Shown here: one piece after another, positions 9,577 through 20,896 of the stretch | Layout of the letters: every line of letters begins with the position of its first letter | Numbering within the stretch: the stretch's first letter is position 1 | Origin: an uncultured Chloroflexia bacterium | GTDB taxonomy: Bacteria > Chloroflexota > Limnocylindria > Limnocylindrales > CSP1-4 | Length of the DNA: 64,000 nt | Assembly (NCBI GenBank): GCA_963763775.1 | Contig: CAVXPZ010000001.1 | Coordinates: 384,001 to 448,000, forward strand | Reading direction: 5' to 3' | The notes under the pieces: model-generated | What the model saw: only the letters and a program-made list of their open reading frames with translations | Databases searched by the model: none | Told to the model about the DNA's origin: nothing | Made by a program: the position numbers and the translations under genes

Positions 9577-12500
9577 ATGTTCCACGCCGTCAGCTCGAAG
9601 CCCGACCTCGTCGCCCAGGAGCACGAGATCCTCGCCCAGTGGCAGGCGCGTCGCACGTTCGCCCGGCTCCGCGCCCAGAACGCGGATGGCCCGAAATGGA
9701 GCTTCCTCGACGGGCCGATCACCGCCAACAACCCGATGGGCGTCCACCACGCCTGGGGCCGCGCGTACAAGGACCTGTACCAGCGCTTCCACGCGATGCT
9801 GGGCGAGGACCAGCGCTACCAGAACGGCTTCGACTGCCAGGGCCTGTGGGTCGAGGTCAACGTCGAGCGCGACCTCGGGTTCACCTCGAAGCGCGACATC
9901 GAGGCCTACGGGATCGACCGCTTCGTCCGGCTGTGCAAGCAGCGCGTGCTGACCTACGCCGCGCGCCAGACCGAGCAGTCCATCCGCCTCGGCATGTGGA
10001 TGGAGTGGAACGATCCCGACGAGCTGCGCCGGCTCCACGACCTGCTCGGCGAGGACGCGACGCAGGTCGCGACCATCGACGGCCCGCGCGGGCCTGTCAC
10101 CGACTCCGTGGAGATGCTCGTCGGCCGGCTCGGCATGCCCGATGTCGGGGGGTCGTACTTCACGTTCAGCAACGAGAACAACGACCTGATCTGGGGGTTC
10201 CTCGCGGAGTGCCACCGGCGCGGCTGGCTGTACAAGGGCCACGACACGATGCCGTGGTGCGCACGCTGCGGGACCGGCCTCTCGCAGACCGAGGTGAACG
10301 AGGGCTACCAGGACAAGGACGACCCCGGGTTGACGGTCCGCTTCCCGCTGCTCGACCGTCCCGGGGAGTCGCTGCTCGTCTGGACCACGACCCCCTGGAC
10401 GCTCACGTCCAACGTGGCCGCCGCGGTCGGGGCGAAGCTCCGCTACGCGAAGGTCCGGCAGGGCGACGACGTCTTCTGGCTCGGAAAGGGCACGCTCAAG
10501 CAGGCGCTCGTCGGGCCGTTCACGGTCGAGGACGAGGCCGATGGCGCGGACCTGGTGGGCTGGCGCTACGCGGGCCCGTTCGACGACCTGCCCGCGGTCC
10601 GGACCGCCTTCGCCGCCGGGACGCGCGACGAGCCGGGATCGCCCTACGTGCACCGCGTCGTCGCGTGGGACGAGGTCGGGGAGGACGAGGGCACGGGGAT
10701 CGTCCACATCGCGCCGGGCTGCGGCGCGGAGGACTTCCAGCTCGGCAAGTCGCTGGGCCTGCCCGTCGTGGCGCCGCTCGACGAGGCCGGGATCGTGCTC
10801 GACGGCTTCGGGTCGCTCAGCGGCCGGGACGTGCGCGACGTCGCCGATCCCGTCATCGAGCACCTGAAGGCCACGGACCGGTTCTACCGCCTCGAGACGA
10901 TCAACCACCGCTACCCGCACTGCTGGCGGTGCGGGACGCCCCTGGTGTTCCGGCTCGTCGACGAGTGGTACATCGACATGGGTCCGGTCTACGACCAGCC
11001 GCGCGCTGACCTCACGACCGCGCAGGTCGACGCGAGCCTCCGCTACCAGATCATGGAGGTCGTCGACCGCATCCGGTGGATCCCGGACTTCGGCTACGAC
11101 CGCGAGCTCGACTGGCTCCTGAACATGGGCGACTGGATGATCAGCAAGAAGCGCTACTGGGGTCTGGCGCTGCCGATCTACGACTGCGCCGCGTGCGGCC
11201 GGGTCGACGTCATCGGCGGTCGCGACGAGCTCCGCGAGCGCGCGGTGGAAGGCTGGGCGTCGTTCGAGGGGCACACGCCGCACCGGCCGTACGTCGACGC
11301 CGTGCGGATCGCCTGCCCGGGCTGCGGCGAACCCGTCGAGCGGATCAAGGACGTCGGCAATCCGTGGCTGGATGCCGGGATCGTGCCGTTCTCGACGCTG
11401 CACTTCCGCGAGGAGCCCGAGTACTGGCGCCAGTGGTTCCCGGCCGACTTCATCACCGAGAGCTTCCCGGGGCAGTTCCGGAACTGGTTCTACTCGATGC
11501 TCGCGATGTCGACCGTCCTCCGACGGGAGCCGCCCTTCGAGATGATCTTCGGGTACGCCCTGGTCTTCGGCGAGGACGGCCGCCCGATGCACAAGAGCTG
11601 GGGCAACGCGATCGATTTCGACGAGGCGGCCGAGCGCATGGGCGTCGACGTCATGCGCTGGATGTTCGCCAAGGCGCGGCCGGAGGACAACATCCTCTTC
11701 GGCTGGCACGCCGCCGACGAGGCGCGACGTGAACTGCTGGTGCTGTGGAACGTCTACGCGTTCTTCGTCACCTACGCCCGGCTCGCGGGCTGGTCGCCGG
11801 CCGACGGCGCCATCCCGGTCTCGGAGCGCGGCGCGCTCGACCGCTGGATCCTGTCCAGGGCGGCGGGCACGGCCGAAGTCGTCGAGGACCGGCTGCGCGA
11901 CGTCGACGCGGTCGGCGCGACGCGGGCGCTCGCCTCGTTCATGGACGGCCTCTCGACGTGGTACCTGCGGCTGTCGCGGGAGCGCATGCGACGCAACGAC
12001 GACACCGCCGACCGCGCCGCGGCCTTCGCGACGCTCCACGAGGCGCTGCTCGCGACCACGCGGATGCTTGCCCCGATCCTGCCGTTCCTCGCCGACTCGG
12101 TGTACGGGAACCTCTCGACGGACGTGGCCGGCTCGCCCGACAGCGTCCATCTGACGCGCTGGCCGGCGGCCGAGCTGGCGGCCCACCGCGACGAGCGGCT
12201 CGAGACCGCCATGACCGTCGCGCAGCACGCCGTGGACCTCGCCAGGACGCTGCGCAACTCGGCCAGGATCCGAACCCGTCAGCCGCTGGCGCAAGCGTGG
12301 CTCGCCCTCCCGGATCGCGCGCTGGATGTCGGACGGGAGCTGCTCGCGATCGTCGCGAACGAGGTCAACGTCAAGGACGTCCACGTGATCGCGGACGGCT
12401 CCGACCTCGTCGAACGGCGGGTCAAGCCGCTGCTCCCGAAGATCGGGAAGCGCCTCGGGGCCGCGATCCCGTCGATCATGGCGGCTGCCCGCAACGGCGA

Positions 12501-12915
12501 CGTCACCTTCGCCGCGGACGGGTCGGTGACGCTGGCCGGGGTGACCCTGGCCGCCGACGAGGTCGAGATCCAGGCGTCGCCGCGACCCGGCACGGCGGTC
12601 GCGGACCGCGACGGTCTGGTCATGGTCATCGACACGGCCCTGACGCCCGAGCTGATCGCCGAGGGCGATGCCCGCGAGCTCCAGCGCGCCATCCAGGACC
12701 TGCGCAAGGAGGCCGGCCTCGAGCTGGACGACCGCATCGACCTGTGGGTCGAGGGTGCCGCTCCCGAAGTCGCGGCGCACATGCCGTCCGTGGCCGACGA
12801 GACGCTCGCGGTGCTCGCGGACGGCGCCCCGCCGGCCGATGCGTCCAGCGTCTCGGTGAGCCTGGAGGCCGGCGCCGCCAGCGTGGCGTTGCGTCGCCGC
12901 TCGGGCGGCGAGTAG
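9577..12915 (+). CDS. ileS: Isoleucyl-tRNA synthetase, type 2
   Basis: DGPITAN..GVHH, WTTTPWTL, GTGIVHIAP, DWMISKKRYWG, PMHKS; long IleRS2-type C-terminus. ATG 9577 follows GGAG. Confidence 0.96.
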   Translation: MFHAVSSKPDLVAQEHEILAQWQARRTFARLRAQNADGPKWSFLDGPITANNPMGVHHAWGRAYKDLYQRFHAMLGEDQRYQNGFDCQGLWVEVNVERDLGFTSKRDIEAYGIDRFVRLCKQRVLTYAARQTEQSIRLGMWMEWNDPDELRRLHDLLGEDATQVATIDGPRGPVTDSVEMLVGRLGMPDVGGSYFTFSNENNDLIWGFLAECHRRGWLYKGHDTMPWCARCGTGLSQTEVNEGYQDKDDPGLTVRFPLLDRPGESLLVWTTTPWTLTSNVAAAVGAKLRYAKVRQGDDVFWLGKGTLKQALVGPFTVEDEADGADLVGWRYAGPFDDLPAVRTAFAAGTRDEPGSPYVHRVVAWDEVGEDEGTGIVHIAPGCGAEDFQLGKSLGLPVVAPLDEAGIVLDGFGSLSGRDVRDVADPVIEHLKATDRFYRLETINHRYPHCWRCGTPLVFRLVDEWYIDMGPVYDQPRADLTTAQVDASLRYQIMEVVDRIRWIPDFGYDRELDWLLNMGDWMISKKRYWGLALPIYDCAACGRVDVIGGRDELRERAVEGWASFEGHTPHRPYVDAVRIACPGCGEPVERIKDVGNPWLDAGIVPFSTLHFREEPEYWRQWFPADFITESFPGQFRNWFYSMLAMSTVLRREPPFEMIFGYALVFGEDGRPMHKSWGNAIDFDEAAERMGVDVMRWMFAKARPEDNILFGWHAADEARRELLVLWNVYAFFVTYARLAGWSPADGAIPVSERGALDRWILSRAAGTAEVVEDRLRDVDAVGATRALASFMDGLSTWYLRLSRERMRRNDDTADRAAAFATLHEALLATTRMLAPILPFLADSVYGNLSTDVAGSPDSVHLTRWPAAELAAHRDERLETAMTVAQHAVDLARTLRNSARIRTRQPLAQAWLALPDRALDVGRELLAIVANEVNVKDVHVIADGSDLVERRVKPLLPKIGKRLGAAIPSIMAAARNGDVTFAADGSVTLAGVTLAADEVEIQASPRPGTAVADRDGLVMVIDTALTPELIAEGDARELQRAIQDLRKEAGLELDDRIDLWVEGAAPEVAAHMPSVADETLAVLADGAPPADASSVSVSLEAGAASVALRRRSGGE

Positions 12916-12921
12916 GCTCCG

Positions 12922-13521
12922 ATGACGGACTCGGCGGACGACGGAGGCGAGGACCTGGAGTCGGGCGGGGCAGCGTCCACCGACGCGACGGCAGCGGCCG
13001 ATCCGGTCGTTACGGCGACACCGGTCGTGCGCGGCCGCCCTCGGTGGGGCATCTTCGTCTCGATCGTGGTCGCGGTGGTCGTGCTCGACCAGCTCAGCAA
13101 GGCCTGGCTCGTCGCGACCGTGGCGCCCGGCGAGGTGCTGCGGATCATCGGGGACTACGTCCGGCTGGTGCAGAGCCAGAACTCTGGCGCGCTGTTCGGG
13201 ATGTTCCGCGACCAGGCACTGCTCTTCGGGCTCGTCTCGCTCGGTGTCGTGGCGCTCATCGTCGCGTACCACGCCATGTCCGGCCGGAACCTGTATCTCT
13301 CGATCGCGCTCGGGCTGCTGCTCGGCGGCGCCATCGGCAACGGCATCGACCGCTTCCGGATCAACCACGTGACCGACTGGGTCGACATCGGCCTTGGCGA
13401 CCTCCGCTTCTGGACCTTCAACGTCGCCGACTCGGCGATCACGATCGCGATCCTGATGTTGATCGGCCTCGCGCTCTTCCCGAGCCTGGCCCAGCGGCTC
13501 GGGGCGGCCCCCGATGCCTGA
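12922..13521 (+). CDS. lspA: Lipoprotein signal peptidase II
   Basis: DQLSK, NSGALFG, GAIGNGIDR, FNVADS. Confidence 0.95.
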   Translation: MTDSADDGGEDLESGGAASTDATAAADPVVTATPVVRGRPRWGIFVSIVVAVVVLDQLSKAWLVATVAPGEVLRIIGDYVRLVQSQNSGALFGMFRDQALLFGLVSLGVVALIVAYHAMSGRNLYLSIALGLLLGGAIGNGIDRFRINHVTDWVDIGLGDLRFWTFNVADSAITIAILMLIGLALFPSLAQRLGAAPDA

Positions 13522-14473
13522 CGGCGCCGCGGCCGTCGGCGAGCGGACGCTCCTCGTGCCCGACGGCCCGCCCGGCCGGGTCGACCGCTTCGTCGCCGAC
13601 GCGACCGGCCTCTCCAGGAGCTACGTCCAGAAGCTCATCACCGACGGCCGGCTCACCGCCGACGGCCTGCCTCTGAAGGCGAACTCCATCGTGTCGGCCG
13701 GCACCGAGCTCCGGCTCGACGTCCCGGAGGTCGTCGCGCTCGACGTCGCACCGGCGCCCGACATCGCGATCGACGTCGTCTACGAGGACGACGACCTCCT
13801 GATCATCGACAAGCCGTCCGGCCTGGTCGTGCATCCCGGGCCGGGCCACTCGTCCGACACGCTGGTCAACGGCCTGCTCGCCCGCGCCGGCGGCTCGGAG
13901 TACGGCGGGATCGCGGGCGTCGCCCGGCCGGGCATCGTCCACCGCCTCGACCGCGATACCAGCGGATTGCTCATGGTCGCCAAGCACGACACCGCGCAGG
14001 CGTCGCTGATGGCACAGCTGAAGGCGCGCCGGATCAAGAAGACGTACCTCGCGCTCGTCCAGGGGAACGTGTCGGCCGCCGCCGGGCGGATCGAGGCCCC
14101 GATCGGCCGCGACCCCAAGCGTCGGACGCGGATGGCGGTCGTCACCGACGGCCGCCCGTCGGTCACCGGCTACCGCGTCCGCGAGCGGTTCGACGGCTGG
14201 ACGTCCCTCGAGCTCGACCTCGTGACCGGACGCACCCACCAGATCCGGGTGCACCTCGACGCCATCGGCCATCCGGTCGCCGGCGATCCGGTGTACGGCG
14301 GCGCGCTGGCTCGTCGCGGCCCCGAGGGCCTCGAACGGCTGTTCCTCCACGCGTGGCGGCTCGAGCTCAACGCGCCGTCGGACGGTCACCTGATCCGCGC
14401 GACGGCGCCGCTGCCGGCGGCCCTGGAAGACGTCCTGGAGCGCCTGCGCCTGGTCGGAGGTCTCGGGCATTGA
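13514..14473 (+). CDS. rluD: RluA/RluD family pseudouridine synthase with S4 domain
   Basis: DKPSGLVVHP, GIVHRLDRDTSG, TGRTHQIRVH, LFLHA. Confidence 0.92.
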   Translation: MPDGAAAVGERTLLVPDGPPGRVDRFVADATGLSRSYVQKLITDGRLTADGLPLKANSIVSAGTELRLDVPEVVALDVAPAPDIAIDVVYEDDDLLIIDKPSGLVVHPGPGHSSDTLVNGLLARAGGSEYGGIAGVARPGIVHRLDRDTSGLLMVAKHDTAQASLMAQLKARRIKKTYLALVQGNVSAAAGRIEAPIGRDPKRRTRMAVVTDGRPSVTGYRVRERFDGWTSLELDLVTGRTHQIRVHLDAIGHPVAGDPVYGGALARRGPEGLERLFLHAWRLELNAPSDGHLIRATAPLPAALEDVLERLRLVGGLGH

Positions 14474-15114
14474 GCGGGGACCAGCCCGTGCCGTCGATCC
14501 CGGCCGTGCTCGGCGCGCCCGGCGCCCAGCTGGTCATCATCTCGGGCCCCAGCGGCGTCGGGAAGGACACGATCATCGATGCGCTGCGCGAACGGCCTCG
14601 CGACCCGGACTACCACTACGTGGTGACCTGCACCACGCGAGCCCCGCGCCCCGGCGAGATCGACGGGATCAGCTACCACTTCCTCGACCGCGAGCGATTC
14701 CTGGCCCTGCGCGATGCCGGCGGCCTCCTCGAGGCGAACGAGGTGCACGGCAACTGGTACGGGACGCCGCGGGGCGAAGTGCGGGACGCCCTCAAGGCCG
14801 GCCACGACGTGATCCTCAAGATCGACGTCCAAGGGGCCCAGCAGGTCAAGGAGCGCGTCGACGAGGCCCTGCTCGTGTTCATCGTCCCGCCGTCCATGGA
14901 GGCGCTCTTCGCGCGACTCCGAGCCCGTGCGACCGAGACCGCGGACCAGCTGGAGATCCGCCAGCGCAACGCGGCGATCGAGATCGCCCGGCAGGAGGAC
15001 TATGACCACGTCGTCGTCAACGAGACGGGGCAGGTCGAGCGGACCGCCGAGACGATCGACTCGATCATCGCGGAGACCCACCGGCTCCACCCGACGCGGC
15101 GGGTGCGGGTCTAG
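14470..15114 (+). CDS. gmk: Guanylate kinase
   Basis: ISGPSGVGK, TTRAPRPGE, NWYGT; TTG start overlaps rluD stop (TTGA). Confidence 0.94.
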   Translation: MSGDQPVPSIPAVLGAPGAQLVIISGPSGVGKDTIIDALRERPRDPDYHYVVTCTTRAPRPGEIDGISYHFLDRERFLALRDAGGLLEANEVHGNWYGTPRGEVRDALKAGHDVILKIDVQGAQQVKERVDEALLVFIVPPSMEALFARLRARATETADQLEIRQRNAAIEIARQEDYDHVVVNETGQVERTAETIDSIIAETHRLHPTRRVRV

Positions 15115-15123
15115 GGCCTAGCG

Positions 15124-17623
15124 GTGACGCTCGGTCTGGCGACGGGCCCGGAGTCGATCGCCGACGGCGGACGGCTCGTCGAGGTCGCGATCGACGCCGC
15201 CGGCGCGGCCGGTGCCCGGACGTACACGTACTCGATCCCCGCCGAGCTCGGCGACCTCGAAGCGGGCGAGGCCGTCCTGGTGGAGTACGGTCACCGGCAG
15301 GCCCTCGGGATCATCCTCGGCGAGGTCGCCGACGCCCCCGCCGGCGTGCGGCCGAAGCCGGTCCAGGACCGCGTTCGGGCGGACGGGCCGCTCCTGCCGC
15401 CGCTCGGGCTCGCGCTGGCGTCCTGGATCTCCACGCACTACCTGGCGCCCGCGGCCCTGGTCCTGCGCGCGATGCTCCCGCCCGGCATGCTCGAGCGCCT
15501 CGAGCTGGTCGCGGAGCTCGCGCCGGCCGGCCTCGAGGCCGCCGGGACGCCCGACGTCGACGCGGACCTGGATGTCGTCGATCGCGACCTGCTCGACCAA
15601 CTCGACCGAGGTCCCCGGGCCGCCCGCGACCTCGCCGCCCCCGAGGGCCGCGCCGGCCTCGTCCGCCGCCTTCGGTCACTGGCGTCGCGCGGTCACATCT
15701 CGCTCGACTGGACGTTGCTCGCCGCGTCCGCCGGCCCGCGCTATCGAACGCTGGGTGACGGTCACGTCGGCGGGCGCGGATGCCACGGCAGCGCTGGCCC
15801 GTGGGGACCGTCCCGCCGGGCGCGCCCTCGGCCCTCGGCAGGTGGCGGCCCTGGCCGAGCTGGTCGAGTCGCCCGCCGGGGCGTCCGGCGCGGACCTCGC
15901 CGGTCGGCACGGCTCGTCCGCGCTCACCGGCCTGGTCCGCCGCGGGCTCGCCACCTCCGAGGTGCGCGAGCGGCCGCGCCGCCCCCTGGCCGGTCGCTCG
16001 GCCGGGCGGCGCGGGGGCCGGCCGCCGGCGACCGATCTCCTTCCCGCCCAAGCCCAGGCCGTGGCGCGGATCACGGCCGCCATGGTCGAGCGAGACGCCA
16101 CGCCACTCCTGCTGGAAGGCGTGACGGGCGGCGGCAAGACCGCGGTCTACGTCGACGTCCTCGCGACCGCGCTCGAAGCCGGCGGACGCGCGCTCGTCCT
16201 CGTGCCCGAGATCTCGCTGGCCCTGCCGCTCGTCGATCGGCTGCGCGCGGACCTCGACGCCCGGGTCGCCCTCGTCCACTCCGGGCTCGGCGACGGCGAA
16301 CGCGCCGACGAGTGGCGCCGCATCCGCGCTGGCGATGTCGACATCGTGGTCGGGACGCGGCTGGCCGTCCTGGCGCCACTCGCGGACGTCGCCGTGGTCA
16401 TCGTGGACGAGGAGCACGAGGCGGCCTACAAGAGCGACCGAACGCCGAGGCTCCAGGCACGGGACGTCGCCATCGAGCTCGGCCGGCTGGCAGGGGCCGC
16501 CGTGGTGCTCGGGTCGGCGACGCCGGCCGTCGACAGCCTCGGCCGAGCGCGGTCGGGGACGTACCGCCATGTCGTGCTCCCGGGTCGTCCCGTCGGCCAG
16601 CTGCCGACGATCGAGGTGGTCGACCTTCGCGCCGAACTGGCCGCCGGCGAGCGCGGCCTGCTCTCGCGTCCGCTCGCCGCGGCGCTGGCCGGGCTGGACA
16701 CGACCGTCGGGGACCAGGCGATCCTCGTGCTCAACCGTCGAGGCAGCGCGTCGGTCGTGCTGTGCCGCGACTGCGGTCACGTGCAGGCATGCCCCGACTG
16801 CGAGCGGCCGCTCGTGTACCACCAGGCGGGGACCACGCTTCGGTGCCACCACTGCGGCCGGGCGACGCCGCTCGCGACGCGCTGCCCGAATTGCGCATCG
16901 CCTCGGATCCGATACCTGGGCGGCGGGACGGAGCGGGTGGAACGCGAGGTCCGCGAACGCTTCCCGGGCCTGCGGGTCGGCCGGCTCGACCGGGACGTGG
17001 TCGAGCGCCGCGGCGCCGCCGAGCGGGTCGTCGACGCCTTCGCGGAGGGCCGGATCGACGTGCTGGTCGGGACGAGCCTGGTCGCCAAGGGCCTCGACAT
17101 CCCGGCCGTCACCGTCGTCGGCGTGGTCTCGAGCGACATCGCCCTCAACCTCCCGGACGAGCGAGCTGCCGAGCGGACGTTCCAGCTCCTGACGCAGGCC
17201 GTCGGTCGCGCGGGTCGCGGCGAACGGCCCGGTCGGGCGTTCCTCCAGACGTATCAGCCAGACCACCCGGCGATCCAGGCGGTGGCGACGGGTGATGCGA
17301 CCGCGTTCTACGACGCCGAGCTCGCGATGCGGGAGCGGTTCGGATCGCCGCCCTTCGGTCGCCTCGTGAAGCTCACGGTCGGTCTGACCGATCGCGACGC
17401 CGCCGAGCGCGAGGCGGCATCCATGGCCGAGATGCTCCGCGCCAGGGCCACCGAGCGCGGGACCAGGGTCGCGGTCATCGGGCCGGCACCGGCCTATATC
17501 GCGCGTCGCGCCGACCGGTGGCGGTACAACCTCGTCCTTCGCGGCCCGGACCCGGTCGCGTTGCTCGACGGCGGCCCGGACGCCCCCTGGTCGGTGGACG
17601 TGGACCCCGAATCGTTGCTGTGA
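15124..17623 (+). CDS. priA: Primosomal protein N', split by a probable sequencing frameshift near 15745
   Basis: N-terminus in ORF 15124, remainder in ORF 15212 frame: GVTGGGKT, DEEHE, CxxC zinc motifs, QAVGRAGR, VDVDPESLL. Confidence 0.93.
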
Positions 17624-17711
17624 CGAGGCCCGTTCGTCGCATCTCGGCGCCATCGGCGACCTTCGACGGCGGTTCGTGCGAGGATGTCGTCATCACTGGA
17701 GGTGCCCTGGC

Positions 17712-18191
17712 ATGACCGCGAACCCCGAATCCCACGACGACCCGTCCGGCGATCCCGGATCCAGCTCGAAGTCGACCGGCGCGACGGCGATCCTCGACTC
17801 CATCCGCGACGCACTCGACGACCTGACCGAGCGCGCGACGCCGGCCGTCCGCGAGGTCTCCGCCCGCGCCGCCGAGCTGACGGCGGTGGCGGCGTCCAAG
17901 GCGGCGCCGTTGGCCCGGAAGGCCGGCGATGCGACGGCTGATGCGAGCGGCAAGCTGGCTGAACGCTCGAAGACGTGGGCCGCCGAGCTGCGTGCGTCGA
18001 TCGGCGGCGACGCGGCCGCGACCGACGCCGCCTCGGACGCCACCGCGAAGGCCGCGGACGTCGCGGGTGACGTCGCGGACGACGCGGCCGGAGCCGCGTC
18101 CAAGGCCGCGGATGCCGCGGGCGAGACGGCCGCGTCGGTCGCCGACGCCGCGACGGACGCCGCGAGCGAGGTCGCGCCGACGGAGCATTGA
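17712..18191 (+). CDS. Ala/Asp-rich hypothetical helical protein (LEA/apolipoprotein-like repeats)
   Basis: SD GGAGG before ATG 17712; ~11-residue periodic AAxxAAD repeats. Confidence 0.65.
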   Translation: MTANPESHDDPSGDPGSSSKSTGATAILDSIRDALDDLTERATPAVREVSARAAELTAVAASKAAPLARKAGDATADASGKLAERSKTWAAELRASIGGDAAATDAASDATAKAADVAGDVADDAAGAASKAADAAGETAASVADAATDAASEVAPTEH

Positions 18192-18234
18192 CCCGGCTCG
18201 AAGCCGCCGGTCTCGCTCGGTATACTGCGCGCTC

Positions 18235-18750
18235 ATGAGCGTCCGACCCATCGTCCTCCTTGGCGACCCGCGCCTGCGGCTCAGGGGCCTGCCCGTCGAC
18301 AGCTTCGGCAAGTACCTGCACGAGCTGCTCGACGACCTCGCGCACACCATGCGCGACGCCCCCGGGGTGGGCCTGGCGGCGCCGCAGCTGGGTGAGCCGG
18401 TCCAGGCCTGCGTCATCGAGGTCTCGGGCCAGCTCCACGAGCTGGTCAACCCGCGGATCGTCCGGTCGGCCGGCGACGACCGCGACCTCGAGGGCTGCCT
18501 GTCGATCCCCGGCTACGTGGCCTATGTGACCCGACGCGAGAAGGTCTGGGTGGTCGCGCAGGACCGGCGTGGCCAGAAGATCAAGGTCGCCGGGTCCGGG
18601 CTCCTCGGACGCGCGCTGCAACACGAGCTCGACCATCTCGACGGGAAGCTGTACATCGACTACCTCGAGTCGATGGACGAGCTGATGGCCGTCGGCGATG
18701 GCGACGACGACGACGCGGAGATCCGCGAGGCGACGAGCGCCCTGGCGTGA
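18235..18750 (+). CDS. def: Peptide deformylase
   Basis: GVGLAAPQ, EGCLS, QHELDHL. Confidence 0.97.
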   Translation: MSVRPIVLLGDPRLRLRGLPVDSFGKYLHELLDDLAHTMRDAPGVGLAAPQLGEPVQACVIEVSGQLHELVNPRIVRSAGDDRDLEGCLSIPGYVAYVTRREKVWVVAQDRRGQKIKVAGSGLLGRALQHELDHLDGKLYIDYLESMDELMAVGDGDDDDAEIREATSALA

Positions 18751-19686
18751 CCGGCGAGCGAGTCCGCACCGTCTTCCTCGGAAGCGGCGGGTTCGGTCGG
18801 GAGAGTCTCCGTCGGTTGGCGCGTCACCCTGACGTCGAGCTGGCCGGGGTCGTCACGGCGCCGGCACGGCCTGCCGGACGCGGCCGGGACTTGACGCCGA
18901 CCCCGATCCACGAGGAGGCCCAGGCGCTCGGCATCGCGGCCATCCTCACGCCCGAGCGGCTCCGAGCCGCGGCATCGGTCGACGCGGTCCTCGCGCTCGG
19001 CCCGGGTCTCATCGTGCTCGCGGATTACGGGCAGATCGTCCCCGCCGAGCTCCTCGGCACGGCGCACGGCGCCCTCAACCTGCACCCCTCGTTGCTGCCG
19101 CGCCATCGCGGGGCGACCCCGATCCCGGCGGCGATCCTCGCCGGCGACGCGGAGACCGGCGTCACGCTGATGCGGATGGACACCGGGCTCGACACGGGGC
19201 CGATCGTGGCCCAGGAGCGGGTCGCGCTCGACGGGACCGAGACGACGCCGGACCTGGAGGCGGCCCTGGCGGCCGTGGCCGCAGGTCTGCTGGACCGCGA
19301 GCTCGGACCGTGGATCCGCGGCGAGACCACGGCCATGCCGCAGTCCGAGACCGAGGCGACGCTGACGCGGCCGTTCCGGCGCGAGGACGGCCGGCTGGAC
19401 CCGTCTCGCCCGGCGGTCGACCTGGAGCGCGCCATCCGTGCTTATCGACCCTGGCCGGGGAGCTTCGTGGATACGACCCTCGGCCGGCTGACGGTCCTCA
19501 CCGGTGAGGCGACGCGCGGGGCAGGGGACGAACCCAGGTCGCCTCGACCCGGCCGGCCTCCAGACCGTCGACGGGACGCTGCGCTTCGGCGAGGTCCAGC
19601 CCGCCGGCGGGCGGCCGATGTCCTGGTCCGCCTACCTCCGCGGCCGTCCGACGATCCTCGGGAGCGACGTCGTCCATGCCGGGTGA
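18747..19686 (+). CDS. fmt: Methionyl-tRNA formyltransferase (probable frameshift near 19535)
   Basis: LNLHPSLLPRHRGATP, MDTGLDTG; C-terminal EVQPAGGRPM lies in the +1 ORF 19504..19686. Confidence 0.93.
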
Positions 19687-19710
19687 CCGCCCTGCGGTAG
19701 CATCGCTGGC

Positions 19711-20894
19711 GTGACGACCCACGACCGGCCGGGGATCTCGGGCCTGACGCCGGATGCGCTCGGGGCATGGATCGCGGCTCGACGGTGAGCCGGCGTACCG
19801 GGCGCGACAGGTCGCGGAGGCCGTCTGGGACGCGGGCGGCACCGCCGACCCGTCGACGATCGCGCCGCTTGCCGGCGGCCCTTCGCGAGGCCCTGGCGGC
19901 GGACTTCCGCTTCGACACGGTCGCCGACACGGAGGTCCGTGTCGCCGACGGCGGGCTCACCGAGAAGGCCCTCCACCGGCTCGGCGACGGCGCGCTCGTC
20001 GAATCCGTCCTCATGCACTACCCCGCCCGCAGCGGCAGCCGGGAACGGCACACCCTGTGCATCTCGAGCCAGGCCGGTTGTGCCGTGGGATGCCCGTTCT
20101 GCGCCACCGGGGAGCTCGGGTTCACGCGCGACCTCGAGACGGCCGAGATCGTCGACCAGGTCCGGCACGCCGCGCGCCGGCTCGCCGCCGACGGGCGACG
20201 CCTCACGAACATCGTGTTCATGGGCATGGGCGAGCCGCTCCTCAACCTCGACCGCGTCCTGGCCTCGGTGGCGGCCCTGAACGACCCGGCGCGGTTCGGG
20301 CTCGGGGCGCGCCACATCACGGTCTCGACCTCGGGCGTCGTCCCGGGCATCGAGCGGCTGACGGCGCTCGGGCCGCAGTTCACGCTCGCCATCTCGCTCC
20401 ACGCCGCGCGCGACGCCCTCCGCGACGTCCTCGTCCCGCTGAACCGACGCTGGCCGGTCGCCGCGGTCGTGGCGGCGGCGCGCGCGCACGCCCGCGCCAC
20501 CGGCCGCCGCATCAGCTACGAGGTGACGATGATCGGGGGCGTGAACGACACGGACATCGACGCCGCTGCGATGGCGGAGCTGCTCCGCGGCGACCACGCG
20601 CACGTCAACCTGATCCCGATGAACCCGGTGGCCCACACGCCGTGGACGGCGAGCCCGATGCCGGTCATCGAGCGGTTCGCGGACACGCTCCGCGGCGCCG
20701 GGATCTCGACGACGATCCGCCGGAACCGCGGCCAGGAGGTCGGCGCCGCGTGCGGCCAGCTCGCAGCCGAGCGTGCGGGCGAGCCCGCGGCCCCGGCCGT
20801 CGCCCGGCGGCGGGAGCTGTTGGTCGTGGCGAGCGCCGCCGCCCTCCGCGGCGAACGCAGCCACGAGCCCGTCCCGGCCGGGGTGGGGGAGTAG
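19711..20894 (+). CDS. rlmN: Radical SAM 23S rRNA A2503 methyltransferase (two probable 5' frameshifts near 19780 and 19865)
   Basis: [10 protein letters not shown]-terminus; [15 protein letters not shown]; MGMGEP; GAACGQL. Confidence 0.93.
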
Positions 20895-20896
20895 CG

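Noticed and set aside
9427-13368. 1313-aa antisense ORF, and similar long antisense ORFs over recG, smc, nusA and infB
   Set aside because: Shadow ORFs produced by high GC3 codon bias opposite well-supported genes; no recognisable motifs.
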